Source: Octopus bimaculoides (taxonomy: Eukaryota). From it: a stretch of DNA of 64,000 nt. The notes beneath the pieces are model-generated. The model saw only the letters and a list, made by a program, of their open reading frames with translations. It was not told where the DNA came from and did not search any database. A program made the position numbers and the translations under genes. Positions within the stretch are counted from its first letter, which is position 1. Every line of letters starts with the position of its first letter. This document shows positions 26,882-39,736 of this stretch, piece by piece. The stretch covers positions 141,942,186 to 142,006,185 of the forward strand of contig NC_068983.1 of the NCBI RefSeq assembly GCF_001194135.2. The letters are read 5' to 3'.

Positions 26882-27000
26882 GTGAAAACCCAAGTGAAGA
26901 TGAGGACAGATCAACAAAGTCTTTACCACGCCAGTCTCGGTCTATGAGAGTCATCCAGAAAGCTAAAGTACCAGAAGATTCTGGTTGCACAGATTTCTAA
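26882..27000 (+). CDS. Terminal coding exon E6: SENPSEDEDRSTKSLPRQSRSMRVIQKAKVPEDSGCTDF*
   Basis: CTAATC branch-like site, pyrimidine tract and CTACAG acceptor. Phase-1 frame ends at TAA 26998-27000. PRQSRSMRVIQ resembles the PDLIM linker motif PRQSxSFRVLQ, and the C-terminal T-D-F is class I PDZ-ligand-like. Confidence 0.9.
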
Positions 27001-27223
27001 CCTTGAGTTGCTATGTAGGAACTAGATTTCAATCTTTCTATGTCTAATTATTATTATTTATCTTAAAAAAAAAAAAATTAAAATGGGTAAAAAAATATTT
27101 GCATTTTTCACTGTTTGAAATTACTTTCGACTCCTTTACTTTGAACTTTTGGGCTTGCATTCTTCTTTATTAAACATTTTCCTTTTCTCTCTCTCTCTCT
27201 CATGCACGCATGTGTGCACACGC

Positions 27224-27265
<42 letters not shown>

Positions 27266-27786
27266 TAAGCTGCTTCCCAGCTAAATAGGAAGTTAGCATT
27301 TGTGTGCCCTGTGACAGTCTTCTACCCATTATTCTACTTTTTGAGGCAGTACCCTTCCTGTTGTCAATCCTTTTAGTAACTTCTTGCAACACAAAAACAG
27401 AGCATATATTTTTAAAGCCAGGATACATGTGCACACAATGTATGTGTACGTATAAATGAAATGTTATAATTTTTTTAACATACTAAAACCTAACAATGAC
27501 CAGGATGAGATCACATTAAATCCAAAGCCAGCCCAGCAGTGCCTTTTAAAATTTTTTTTAAGTATAAGGAGTAAATTTACCATTGTTAGGAACGGAAACG
27601 TGCCTATCACCCAACTAGTTGTGTGATAGGNNNNNNNNNNTTACCATTGTTAGGAACGGAACCGTGCCTATCACCCAACTAGTTGTGTGATAGGAATCTT
27701 GGATTTACTTTGAACTATTGAGCAGTTAAAGTTTTGATCTTCGATTCTTGGAATGTTAACCATTGCTTTCTTTAGAAAGGATAAAA

Positions 27787-27792
27787 AATAAA
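27787..27792 (+). promoter_or_regulatory. Candidate polyadenylation signal AATAAA
   Basis: A canonical hexamer downstream of the stop. Other AATAAA occur at 28320 and near 28665, so the real site is uncertain. Confidence 0.25.
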
Positions 27793-30700
27793 CTCATAGA
27801 AAAAAAACACAGGAGAGGAAATCATATACGTACTATGAAATTTTAGTTTTGATATTTTAGAATTTCTCAAATCTTTACATTTTTCTGTTGAATTATTTCT
27901 GAAAAGATGGTTGATAGAGTTGTTTCAAACTCCTTGCAATACTGAGTTACATCCCTTTTAACAACCTTTGTTGTTCAAATCCCTTGTGGTCAATAAGTGT
28001 TAGTCAGGTAGTAGGGTTGATCTAATTGCTTATACCCACCCACAAGACTGGCCTCGTGTCTGTTAAATTATTTCCCTGTACAAAAAAAAAATAGTAAAAC
28101 ATTTAGATCTGCCTTAAAAGAATTTTTATTTTATAAACCATCATACACAATATCAAGGGTTTTGTACATTTTTGTACTTTGATAGAAAAGATTGCGAGTG
28201 AGTGGGATGGATTTACTGAAATTTTTAAAATATTTATTTTCGAAACTACAAGTTTCTTGGGTATTTTTTTCAACTCGAATCATTTTATTTTCATGTCTGT
28301 TTTTTACTGAATGTTTTTAAATAAAAAATTTTAAAAAACTTGCCAAAACGAAACAAAGTACTTATATTCTTGTAAAACTATTTTTATTAATTTTCCTTGC
28401 CAATAATCAACTCTCAACAGAAATACAGGCATACACAAAATGAAAGTATAATTATTTAAGTTTGGTATTTGATAATGACAAAAATGAACATTTCTGTTGT
28501 AAAATATATAACTATTCATTTTGGTAATGTAACACTTTGACTCTTTCTTCTCTACTGTGTATTATTTTTAATTTGATATTATTTTTAAAGTAGCTTCAAT
28601 ATTCATTCTGTCTAGAAGAGTATTGCTTGAAATATTTGGTTTGGAATTGTGCCAAAAATTAAGAATAAATAAAAAAAAAATAAAACTGACAGAATTGGAT
28701 TAATCATTACACTAAAAATAAAATATTTTTCTTCATTCATAAATGTTTTTTTTCTTTATCTATGTTACATATTTAAGTGAAATTTCAAAGGTATTTACTT
28801 TCTTTTTGATGAAGAGTGCTGGACATTTCTCTAGTGACCTAAACATAGGTTTCAAAATATATTATGTTCAATACTAAAAATGTGATAAGATGTGGATTTT
28901 TTTTCTTTAATTGGAAGATATAGTGATTTGGTATTTGGCATTGGTATGTTAGTATTTTCTTCAGATTCTTTGCAATAAAATAGAACACAATCTCTTTCTA
29001 GTCAAAGTAAATTTTATTATTGAAATACAAGCAACAAAAGTCACATTCTGACTTAAAAAAACAGACTATAGCAGCGACTCCATCTAAGAATATCTGAAGG
29101 AATTGTATTCCAAAATATCATCGGACTATAGATAACTAAATTACAACAGGTATATAGGCCATTTTTGTATTATAGTGCATTGTTGTTCCATTCAAAACTT
29201 TTTATTCTTTAAATTTTAAATATTTCCATTTTTCTACATACAAATTAACATTCAAACTGTGGAGATATTTTTTAATCTAACTAAAAATGATTTAAGAGTC
29301 TTCTATAATTAAGCAACAGATAGAAGATTGAAGGCGGGGTCTTAGCATCACTCAGCAAGATCTCTGTGAACCGTTAGCCTACTATCTGTTTAAAGTTATA
29401 TTTAGCTGTAGTATGTCCACACTATTGTATGCATCTCCACTCTTCCCTTTCCCCACCATCTTGTTCTGAATATTATTCTACTTGAAGCTATCCAGAGTTG
29501 TATAACTAGATGAATACTCTGCCAGTCACTTTATCTTGAATATTTTCCTTTTCTGGGCATCAACACACTAAAGCTCCAGTCTCACAACTGACTTGGTAGA
29601 AGCATCCAAGATTGTCCACTACCTTTCCATAAAGAACTTTGGCCACCTTTTTTAATTCAATATCTCTACCATCTTTGGACATGCTTATAACATCAATAAA
29701 CAGTACCCATGGCTTTTGGAAACCTTATTTACAAGCTCAGTATTACTTAAGCACAGAATAAATTACCTGCATTGATTGTTGTCAGGACACTGTTTCCTTC
29801 AAAAATTCCATACATCCTAAAATCTACCAACACATCTTCTGATGTGCCTGTGCACCTTTTCCTTTTTATGGCTCTTTTACTTTTTATATTGATGTCATAT
29901 TCTGTGTACTATCATGCACTTCTCACTATCATTGCTGTCTTTCTTAACTTATTGCGGCTTTTTGTCCCTTCCTTTGCATTTTTCCAATGAGATGTAATAC
30001 ACCTGAGCACTGGATACATTAAGCTATTCATTAATTTTATTATTGATCTTTCAATGTGCTGTAGGGTATTGTAACTTTTGAGGTATAGAAGTTACTACTT
30101 CTAAAATGACAAATCTATCATTTTTTACTGTTTGCTAACTAGTAACTTCAATTATAGTTTCTCTTTCCCTGTCTGTGTTGTAAGACTTTTGCTTATTCCA
30201 ATTAGAATATTTTGAGTATGTCAAAATATTGGACAATTTCACAGTAAAAACACAGTAGTAACGGTTATCATGCTACTAATGGGGTTCTGAGAAAAATATT
30301 TTATTTCCTGATAGATTTCAATTAATTGATCATAGCGCATTTACAAACGATTCAATGGTACATTATTAAAACAGCTGTTTATGTATTCAGTTTTTGTGTA
30401 GTTACAATACTGAGTTCAAGTTCTCCTCTATGGTAATTGTTCACATTTCAATCTTGTTTTAACCAATTCTACCATCAACATGATAGAATCTGTACTTGAT
30501 TCAGATTAATAGCAATAAAAAGTTTTTCTTTTTCTTAAAATGCTTTTATTTGTAGAGCTAAAAATCAATGACTGACCTGAAAATATAAATTGATAAAACA
30601 ATTTAATTCAATTGATAAATTTGATAGACAATCCCATGTACAAATTATGCATCACAAATCTTGCTAAGCAACTGTGAAACTAATTTTATTGCTTATAAAC

Positions 30701-31112
30701 TATTTGTTTTAGAGTTGATTTATATTAGGCATCAAACAATATCAATAACACTAACAAAGACACTAGTCTCAATTGACTTTTAAATTGCTTAAAGTGGATT
30801 TGATTTTTCCATTGAAAAGTACTACTAAAGGAATGTTTAAGTATTTTATCAAATAGTGCCAAGTTCAACTTACCCTTTCAGTTTTGTGTGGAAAGCCACA
30901 GGCTTTACTACACTGACTTAATGCTAGCTTTATGGTAAATGTAGACCAGTTTTCATGTTCTAGCTACTCAGTATATGTGTGTGAGAGAGAGAGAGAGAGC
31001 TACAAAAGTATGTTCACAGTAATATAAGGTTAATGCTTAAAAAAGGGGGGAAAAAAATATAAAGTAAGTTAGACTTTTACTCTGAAATTTTTACTTGGTA
31101 ATCTGTTTTATT

Positions 31113-31300
31113 GCGGTTCACCTATCATGGTTTATTATTTAAGCTTATGTCAGTTTCCATTTATAATAAAATAAATGTATACAAATTATAAAAATAGTTT
31201 TAAAAAATTATACAGTACAGTACCGTTTCTACTTCATGGATTTTCACCTATCACGAGGGTGGGATGGAACATAACCCCCACGATAGTCGAGGGATTACTG
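31113..31300. mobile_element. pogo/Tigger-like MITE end fragment
   Basis: The reverse complement of the right end reads TA|CAGTAATCCCTCGACTATCGTGGGGGTTATGTTCC, a Tigger-type terminus. The other end was not found. Confidence 0.55.
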
Positions 31301-32079
31301 TAATCCTTTGTCCAATACACAAAGAAAAGTCCAGGGAAGAGGAGAGAGCCAGGAAAAATGCTCCCGGGTAGCTCACATATCCAACACACTGTCTTTCATA
31401 TATTTGAAAGAGTAAGGTGTAATTTGAGAAGTCTTTACTTACTATTTCTAGCAATTCATACAACCATATAGAGGCTTCCTCATTGGTCCAGCTTTTGTTA
31501 AAATTTAAGCTAATCGCTGTTTACTGAAAGTTATGAAAAATTTTGTTCCTCTAGTCATTGTAGCTTGAAATGATTAATTTCAATGTAAACATACGTTATC
31601 TATTTTTAATCCTGTCTTGGAAAACTTCATATCCTGGTGATACTTATTATAAACCAAATTTTGTTTTAGTCATAGGTTTTCCACAAATTCTCATTGGGTG
31701 TTTTATTGCAAATTATTTTTCGCAGAGCACAAACTATTGCCTATTATTGTTCATTATTTATTACTTATTTGTAGTCTGTATGGATGGCTTGAAAATCATG
31801 AATTAATCATTGATGATATACTTTTTGATTTTTGTCTTATAGGAACAGGTTGTTCAATATCATTTAACTAGCAGTTATATTTAAACAAATTCATTATTTA
31901 TTTATTTATTGACCTGTTTGGTTTGTATGTAGATTATTATTAGATTATTTCAAGATATTTTCTCTTTGTTCATCAAGGATTTTTCTATCTATCATATTTT
32001 GCTGTTTACTTTTTTTTTTTTTAAGGCAAACATTAGTAAAATGGTTTCTGAACGATACTTGAAAGCTAGTGCTTGTTCA

Positions 32080-32225
32080 AGTAGATGGTTGTGTGATTTA
32101 AAAGTTTGCTTTGCAACTGCTGATTCTGGGTTTCATCCCACAATGCAAACTTTGGGTAAGTGGTTTCTAGAGCCTCAGACTGATCCTTGTTAGTGAATCT
32201 GGGATGTAGAAACTGAAAAATAAAA
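32080..32225 (+). mobile_element. tRNA-derived SINE head, decayed
   Basis: A/B-box-like segments followed by CTTTGGGTAAGTGGTTTCT. Similar to copies at 34484, 50206 and 61403. Confidence 0.45.
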
Positions 32226-32539
32226 TACCTATTGTGTGTGGATGCTTGTCTTAATATCTCACAGCAATTGTAAAACCAACATCACTATCATACAAGCAAT
32301 GTCATGTTTCCAATTTCCCTTGTAAATATGTCTAGATTAAAGAAAAATATTACCTTGCTTGAAGGAGGCAGGTGAGGGCTTGCAACAAGAACATTTGGCT
32401 ATAGAAAATTTGTCTCAGTGAACAAATTTTGTCTAACCCATGCAAGCATGGAAAAGATATTAAAACAATGATGTTTTACCTCTAAGTTACTGCCTAACTA
32501 TTATTTCTACTGAGAGAGTGGTCTGTACTTTACTACAAC

Positions 32540-33177
32540 TATAATGTTCATAGTGATGAACCCAACACTCATTCTGGATTAGGAAATGTTCATGGAAACC
32601 ATCTGGATCTGCCTCAAACAATGTCAGATTTTCTAGTTAGGTGATCTACCTGGTGTGCTTTTGATCAGATGTCAGATGTGGGACCCATCAAGCAGAAACT
32701 TTCATCATGCCAAATTTATTGTGCAGAATATTCTCTCTCATAGGATATGCTAATAGCATTGGTTATTGGTTTATAGTCAGTCACCGGTTGTCCAGGTGGC
32801 AGTTACAGAATGTCCAGACTTTGGGTCATCTTCAAGACTCTCCTTTCCCCTCCTAAATTCAGCTGCCTGCTTCGGCACTGTTGATAAAGCTGAAGCATCA
32901 TCCCCTAATGTAGCAACCATGTCAACATGAATGCCCTTGGGGGCTAAACTTTTTCTCTGCAAGTACTTGATAACATCATGATGCCAAATTTTATCCATTT
33001 TCAAGAGAAGTTGCTACTAATCACTTTTGAAGTCTTCTTTGAACACTCAGATGTCAGTTTACCTGGAAAGAAACAATGCAGTTATTAATAAGAATTGAAA
33101 TTAATGCATGCAAGATTTCACAACTCTAGCATCACTCATTCATAGTCAGCCTATGAACTTTTCAGCTTACCCTCATG
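32540..33177 (-). mobile_element. Mariner transposon 5' half (second lineage)
   Basis: TIR GAGGGTAAGCTGAAAAGTTCATAGGC at the right end. Minus ORF VIKYLQRKSLAPKGIHVDMVATLGDDA...AAEFRRGKESLEDDPKSG, then disrupted KVSA*WVPHL and NECWVHHYE (WVP motif and first catalytic Asp region). Confidence 0.85.
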
Positions 33178-33484
33178 TTCCTTTCTACGTTAAATATTTT
33201 AATTCCATATGGAATTCTTCACTTATTCTGTAGTCTAAGAGTGGAGAAATACATTTATATTATTGTTGAGATGTTCATAGATGAAGTGTGAGTAGCTGGG
33301 TGAGGTTAGTAAAGTTTATAGCAAGTTTAGATAATTACAAATTAGAAGTTTGAGGTGAAGAACTTAGATGGAAAGAGTTTCAAAAGTGGACTTGTGAAAA
33401 AAGTACAATAATTCATCCAACAATAATAGTATTTTAAAAGATCAAAATATATCACCTAAATTATGGCTGGGAGATAGCAGTTTA

Positions 33485-34190
33485 CTCAAAGTAGCCACCC
33501 TCAAGTTCCACCACAGCCTCAAGACAGCTCCAGAACCTGGTGCATGTGTTCCTCACTGTATCCCTGAGATCTTCCATACCTCATTGGCTTTAGTATTGTA
33601 GTATTGTAAGCAGAGTAGTTAGTGTCTTTCTCAACTACAGCCCCAACACATAGTTATCTGTGGGATTACAATCGGGGAAATTTGAAGGCCAGAAATTGGA
33701 GCTGGCAAAGTTATGGAAGTATTCTAACAATCACTTCTGACTCTTTCTGGACGTATGGCAAAGAGTCAAAACCTGCTGCCATACGTATGGCCTTCCAGCA
33801 GCAACCTTCTCTAGCCAGAGTCTCTAGCAGCTTCATAGAACTGTCTGATCTGACCCTAAGGCCCTACTGAAAAGTATGGGATGGCACGATGTCACTCTCA
33901 CTGGAGACACATGCAAAGACCATCACAGTTTGGAGGAACTTGCTTTTCATGATGTCCGTGTCATATCATACAGTCATTGCAGGATTCACAGAGTATTAAG
34001 CAACAGTCATAATGTCGGCATTTTGATACCGAGTGTAAATCATCACGATACAGGTAACTCTTTTCTAATATTCAAGTTCTCCATGTCAGCTAACTTTTTC
34101 TTAACTACATCTTTAATCTTTATGTTCAGCAATACATCAAGCTGTTCTTGGAAAAGGAGACATAAAAAAAATCATCAAATTTAGCCCAAA
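33485..34190 (-). mobile_element. Tc1/mariner (maT/DD37D-like) transposase remnant
   Basis: The minus strand gives FWPSNFPDCNPTDNYVLG (WPPxSPDxNPLDY-type motif) and terminal VVELEGGYFE*. The frame is heavily disrupted. Confidence 0.65.
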
Positions 34191-34320
34191 TATTCTGTAT
34201 TAAAGAAATAAAAGTGAGTGTTCATATCCTCTACCTTCACTGTTCATATCCTCCACCTTTTTAAAAACCAATGACCTTCCTTTTACTTTGCTAATAGAAA
34301 GTATCTTATGTATTTGTGTG

Positions 34321-34347
34321 TAGATAGATAGATAGATAGATAGATAT
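34321..34347. repeat. (TAGA)n tetranucleotide microsatellite
   Basis: Seen directly in the sequence. Confidence 0.9.
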
Positions 34348-34483
34348 ACATAAATTCAAAATCCACTTCACAATTCTCAATCCTTGGCTGAACTAAAATG
34401 TTTTAAACATTTCTGCCATGAATGTCAAGGGACTAAGATAAGATAAGTAGGTCAAAGTAATTGTCTCTCTAGGTGCGGCTGAT

Positions 34484-34625
34484 ATAGGTGCAGACATGGT
34501 TGTGTATAGGGGCAAGTATAGCTTTGTGGCTAGGAAGCTTATTTCCCAACCATGTGGTCTTGGGTTCAGTCCCAACATGCAACTTGGGAAAGTGTCTTCT
34601 ACTATATCCCTGGGTCAACCAAAGT
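34484..34625 (+). mobile_element. tRNA-derived SINE head
   Basis: TAGCTTTGTGGCTAGGAAG (A-box-like), GGTTCAGTCCC (B-box-like), then CTTGGGAAAGTGTCTTCTACTATA. Confidence 0.6.
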
Positions 34626-34635
34626 GTTTGTCACT

Positions 34636-36520
34636 GATCTACTCATAACTTCTTTAGAGACCACCAGATAATAGAGTGAGGGGCTCTGTCAAAAGCTTTC
34701 TCAGGTCAACAAAAGATAAATAGAATGGCTTACTTTTAGCCAGATACTTCTCCTACAGCTATCACCCTGGGAAGATGGCTTCTGTAGTATTCTTCCCAGG
34801 CACAAACCCAAACTGCATCTCATCTAGTTTAATTCTTTTCCTAATCAATTGAGCTCTAACTCTCTCTGTAATTTTCATGACCTGCTCTAGCAGTTTGATA
34901 CTTCTGTAATTGTTTCTATCTAAGGTATCACCTTTGTGCTTGTAGCAGCTACTATAATACTACTACACCAGTCATTGGGGATAATGCCTTTCTGGATAAC
35001 CAGGTTAACTATATGAGTGACTAGACCATATCCTAATCCACCTGATATCTTAAGCATTCCTGATGGTTCAGGAACTTCCCCCGTCTTTATATCCTTAGTT
35101 ACCTTATCTATCATATTGCTGTCAACTCTGATGGCTGCCCCACCTCCCCTCCACTTGGTTCTATATTTGAAAGACTCTCCTTCTCCTATGCATTCTCCAC
35201 ATTTAGCTACCTTTTATGGTGGTATTTTCATGCATCTTTCTTCTCTGAATCACCAAGTGCAAGCTTAGCATTATCCATTCATACATATTTCTCACCCACA
35301 TCTCTTTTCTCTCTGCAACAGAAAGACCTCATGCTGTAGAACATTTGCAAATCATTTATTTTATGCTTTTCCTTGCACAATGTAAACATGTCACTTAGCT
35401 TCTCTTCTGATATAATTTTCTTCTTCCACCACTTTTCCAGCTTTTCCAGGCCCGTCTCTTAGCTTTTATTGCATTGTCTACCTCCATTATCTACCATCAT
35501 TTCATCCTCAGCCTAGCTGTGACTTTACACCAGCCACATATTTGGTCTATAGCTCTCAGTTGGTTGTCCCGCAGGAACTTCCAATTGTCCTCTAATCTAT
35601 GTCTCCAACTCCTCCTCCTTCTTGTTAGAAACTTCCATTAGAATATTGCTAAATTTCTGTCAGAGTTTCCATAACCTCCTTTTCCAAACTGGTTTGTTTA
35701 TCTGAGTCCTTCTCACTCTAATTCTGAAGTCACTAACTAGTAGGCTATGTCAGGTTGTATGTTCTTTGCCTGGGAAAGACTTGACACTTACATCTGTCTA
35801 TCTCATTGCCTGGTGAAGATGTAATCAATCTGGTTTATGTGGCTACAAGACTGGTAGGTGATTAGGTAGCTTTCAGGTTTCCTGAAGTTTGTGTTGCAGA
35901 TCATCCTATCATTTGCATCACAGAACTTCAGCAACTTTGTTCCTTCCTCATTCCAACACCCAAAGCTGTAACCTCCATACAGACCATGGAATCTATGTGA
36001 GTGCTACTTAACATGTCCATTGAAGTTACCAGTCACAATAACCATGTCTCTGTCATTTGTCACTGAGATGGTCAGCAAAAGGACCTCATAAAATTAGTCT
36101 TTCTGATCATCAGCCAGCCCAGACTGTAGAGCATAGGCAGAGATAAATTTATTAGTTTAACAACCTTGCAACACACTCTGACTTCCTCAATTACTTGATA
36201 TACCCATTTTCCCACCAAAAGTGTGCCTACACCACCTACCCCATCACTCCTGCCTATCCAGAAGAAGTTGAACCTCTGTTTCTTACCAGTAAAGAATCTA
36301 GCCAAGGCTAAACTCCATCTTACTTGTTGCACACCACACACATCTGCATGTTGTGACTCCAGCATCTCAATAATTTAACCAGTCCTTCCTTTCACTGTGC
36401 CAACATTGACGGTAGTGGCCTTAAAAATGTGGACTTGGGAGGAAGATTGGGATGATAGTTGCTGTGGAACTTTGGTCAACACCTGAAAAGAAGACTTGTG
36501 CAAAAACTTGCCAACTGGCA
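34636..36520 (-). mobile_element. RTE-clade LINE, endonuclease and N-terminal RT part, decayed and 3'-truncated
   Basis: Minus-strand remnants: TVNVGTVKGR and DVCGVQQVRW...FFWIG..DGVGGVGTLL (APE), IIPNDWCSSIIV, and VDLRKAFDRAP (RT). Multiple stops and frameshifts. Confidence 0.9.
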
Positions 36521-36839
36521 GAAGGCTTTGGTACATAATTAATTTACTCAATGACCAATTAATTAAAAAAAAATAATGAATGTGAGAACTAAAATGCAAT
36601 ATAGTAACCATAATTATTCTTGCTTCTATCATAGGCTGAAGTTATCTGTTCTTTGAATTTATTTCATTACATTTGTTAAAATAACTGCTCCTAGGATTTG
36701 TTACAAGAAAAAAACTTAATCTTTTTATTTGTATTCTTTTATTAGCTTCAGTCATTGAACTTCAGCCATGATAGGACAGTGTTTTAAGTGATTTAGGTTA
36801 TCTTATCAATCCCAGGATTTATATCAGCCTGGTACAATT

Positions 36840-38760
36840 ATCATCATCATCATCCTTTCAACATCCACTTTTCCAGGCTCACATGGGGCAAATTGAGTTT
36901 ATTGAGGAAGAGTTTCTATAGCCAGATGCCCTTCTAGTTGCCAACTCTCACTTGTTTCTATGCTCATGGCCAGATATGTTTTCACAGAATATTGAAAAAG
37001 AATGATACCATTTGTATGACAGTGATACTCATTTACAACTATCATGTGATATTAAATCAAGAAGACACAAACACACACATACTCACACACAAATATACAC
37101 ACATATCATCATCATTTAAAGTCCACTTTTCAAGCTGGCATCGGTTAGACGGTTTGCCTGGAACTGGTAAGACAGAGGGCTGCACCAGGTTCCAGTCTGA
37201 TGTGGCATGGTTTTTACGGCTGGATGCCCTTCCTAATGCTAACCACTCTGAGAGTATAATGGATGTTTTTTATGTGCCACTGACATGAGTGCCATTTACA
37301 TGACACTGACAATGGCCATGACTACGATTTCACAGGTGCCATTTACATGACATTGGCAATAGCCATGACTATGATTTCACTTGGCTTGATGAGTTTTCTC
37401 AAGCTCAGCATATTGCCAAAGGTTTCAGTCACTTATCATTGCCTCTGTTAGGGCTGACATTTGAAGACCACGCTACTGGCAACAGCCACAACTATGATTT
37501 CACTTGGCTTGATGAGTCATCTCAAACACAGTCACTTGTCATCATCTCCGTGAGGGCCAATATTCGAAGATCATGCTACTGGCAATGGCCACAATTTACA
37601 ATTTCACAGGTACCATTCACATGACACTGGCAATGGCCACAACTGTGATTTCACTTGGCTTGACGAGTCTTCTCAAGCACAGCATATTGCTAAAGGTCTT
37701 GGTCACTTGTCATCACTCTCATTAGGCCAAACATTTGAAGATCATGCTTCATGACCTTGTCTCATGTCTTCCTGGGTCTACCTCTTCTACAGTTCCCTCC
37801 ACAGTTAGAGATCAGCACTTCTTTACACAGGTTTTCTCGTCCATATGCATCACATGGCCATGCCAGATCATTCATCTGTCTTGCACACCACAATGGGCTT
37901 CTTTCAGTTTTTGTCTACTAAATCCACTCACAAGGCTTTGGCCAAGGCTATAGAAGAATAGAAGACACTTTCCCAACGTGCCATGCAGTGGGACTGAACA
38001 CACCTGCACCTTATATATATATATCATCATCATCATCATCATCATCTTTTAACAACCATTTTCCATGCTAGCATGGGTTGGACCCAATATATATTTATCA
38101 GTGAATATCATCATCATCATCATCATCGTTTAACGTCCGCTTTCCATGCTAGCATGGGTTGGACGATTTGACTGAGGACTGGTGAAACCGGATGGCAACA
38201 CCAGGCTCCAGTCTAATTTGGCTGAGTTTCTACAGCTGGATGCCCTTCCTAACGCCAACCACTCAGAGAGTGTAGTGGGTGCGTTTACGTGTCACCCGCA
38301 CGATATATTTATTATTATTGGTATAGTGGCTCTCCAACACATGGCTAGATTTGTTTCAACACAAATTCACATCAAGAATCGTGCAAAACAAATACAAAAA
38401 CAATGTAATAATTATTTAATAGTTACATAATTACTTCCTCATCATCATTTAACATCTATGTTCCATGTTAGCATGGGTTGGACCATTACTTATGTAATAG
38501 ATACATATGGGAACGTTTAGGTTGTTAGATAGATTTCCTAATACAACTCTTTTAGTTAATTATTTAAAAGTCATCATCATCATTTAGCATCCGTTTCTCA
38601 TGCTGACATGGGCCAGGATGGTTTAACTGGAGCTGGTAAACTGGGGAGCTGTACCAGGCTCCAGTCAGCTGTTTTGGCTTAGTTTCTATAGCAGGATGCC
38701 CTTCCATAGAAATGTCAACCACTTTACAGAGTGTACAAGGTGTCTTTTACATGTCACCAG
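36840..38760 (-). mobile_element. Cluster of short RTE 3'-end fragments with (ATC)n tails
   Basis: Six termini of the form (ATC)n-TTTAACGTCCGCTTTCCATGCTAGCATGGGTTGGAC-like at about 36840, 37105, 38023, 38107, 38439 and 38571. They match the reverse complement of the RTE end at 57756-57805. Confidence 0.8.
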
Positions 38761-39276
38761 CACTGGCTACCCTTCATAATAATCTGAATTATCTTCTAAA
38801 TGTTTGTTCTGTACAAAAGAATCAGATGTCACTGTGTCATCCTATCTCAGTCCTGCTCATGCAAACTTATGATCAAAAACATTCTAACTATGACACTTCT
38901 ATTCTCGCATAAATGTACTTGTGCTCTTCCTTCTTAAAGATGGTAAATTTGAAAAAGGCTTGGCTGCTATTTCTAAAAAGTAGAGTGACAATGTAGATGC
39001 CTTTACATTGACTAAAGAGAGGATTATATACTTTTTGAGTGAAAGTAAAATATTTATAAGAGAAACCATAGATGGCAGAGCTGACCAAAATGTCAGTAGT
39101 ATATATCTTCCTCTACTGGCAAAGTGTTGTCTGTGACAAAACACTTAAATCTCAAGTGTTCAAGTGGAGTCACTTAACTGCACATAGGTATTACAGGGTA
39201 GGAACAAATCACTATAACAACATCACTAGAGTTCACAAGTTTTATGGGGTACTATTATTATTATAATTATCTTTAA

Positions 39277-39500
39277 GGTGGCAAGCTGGTATAATCATTA
39301 GCAGGTCAGACAAAATGCTTAGTGGTATTTCTCCTAACTCTTTACATCCTGAGTTCAAATTCTGCTTTTCATCTTTTTAAAATCAATAAAATAAGTACCA
39401 GTTGGGGATTGGGAGTGGGGTGAATATAATTGACTATCACCCCATCTCATTCCACTAAAAATTTCTGGTCTTATATCATAATGTGAAAGCATTATTATTA
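39277..39500 (+). mobile_element. SINE copy
   Basis: GGTGGCAAGCTGG..TCATTAGC..AAAATGCTTAGTGGTATTTC..GAGTTCAAATTC; paralogous to the adjacent copy. Confidence 0.7.
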
Positions 39501-39523
39501 TTACTATTTGTTGTTGCGAAGAA

Positions 39524-39736
39524 GGTGTGAGTTGGCTGAATCATTAGCATGTCGGGCAAAATGCTTAGTGGTACTTCGTCTGTCTTTGTTTTGAGTTCAA
39601 ATTCCACTGAAGTTGACTTTGCCTTTCAGCCTTTTGTGGTTTAAAAGAGGTACCAGTCAAGCACTGGAGTCGATATAATTGACTCCCACCCACCAAAAAA
39701 AATTCCAGGCCTTGTGCATTCAGTAGAAAGGATCAT
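39524..39736 (+). mobile_element. SINE copy (tandem with the previous one)
   Basis: GAGTTGGCTGAATCATTAGCATGTCGGGCAAAATGCTTAGTGG..GAGTTCAAATTCCACTGAAGTTGACTTTGCCTTTC..GTACCAGTCAAGCACTGGAGTCGAT. Confidence 0.75.

Noticed and set aside
6025-27000. Assigning a symbol such as Zasp, PDLIM or LDB3
   Set aside because: Only a short motif resemblance. No PDZ, ZM core or LIM domain is visible in the window.
27577-27694. 54-bp direct repeat
   Set aside because: The copies flank a 10-N gap and differ by one base, typical of an unmerged contig or haplotype overlap.
29400-30000. Possible LINE ORF1 or zinc-knuckle remnants (also near 45120-45260)
   Set aside because: The peptide similarity is too fragmentary to call without a search.
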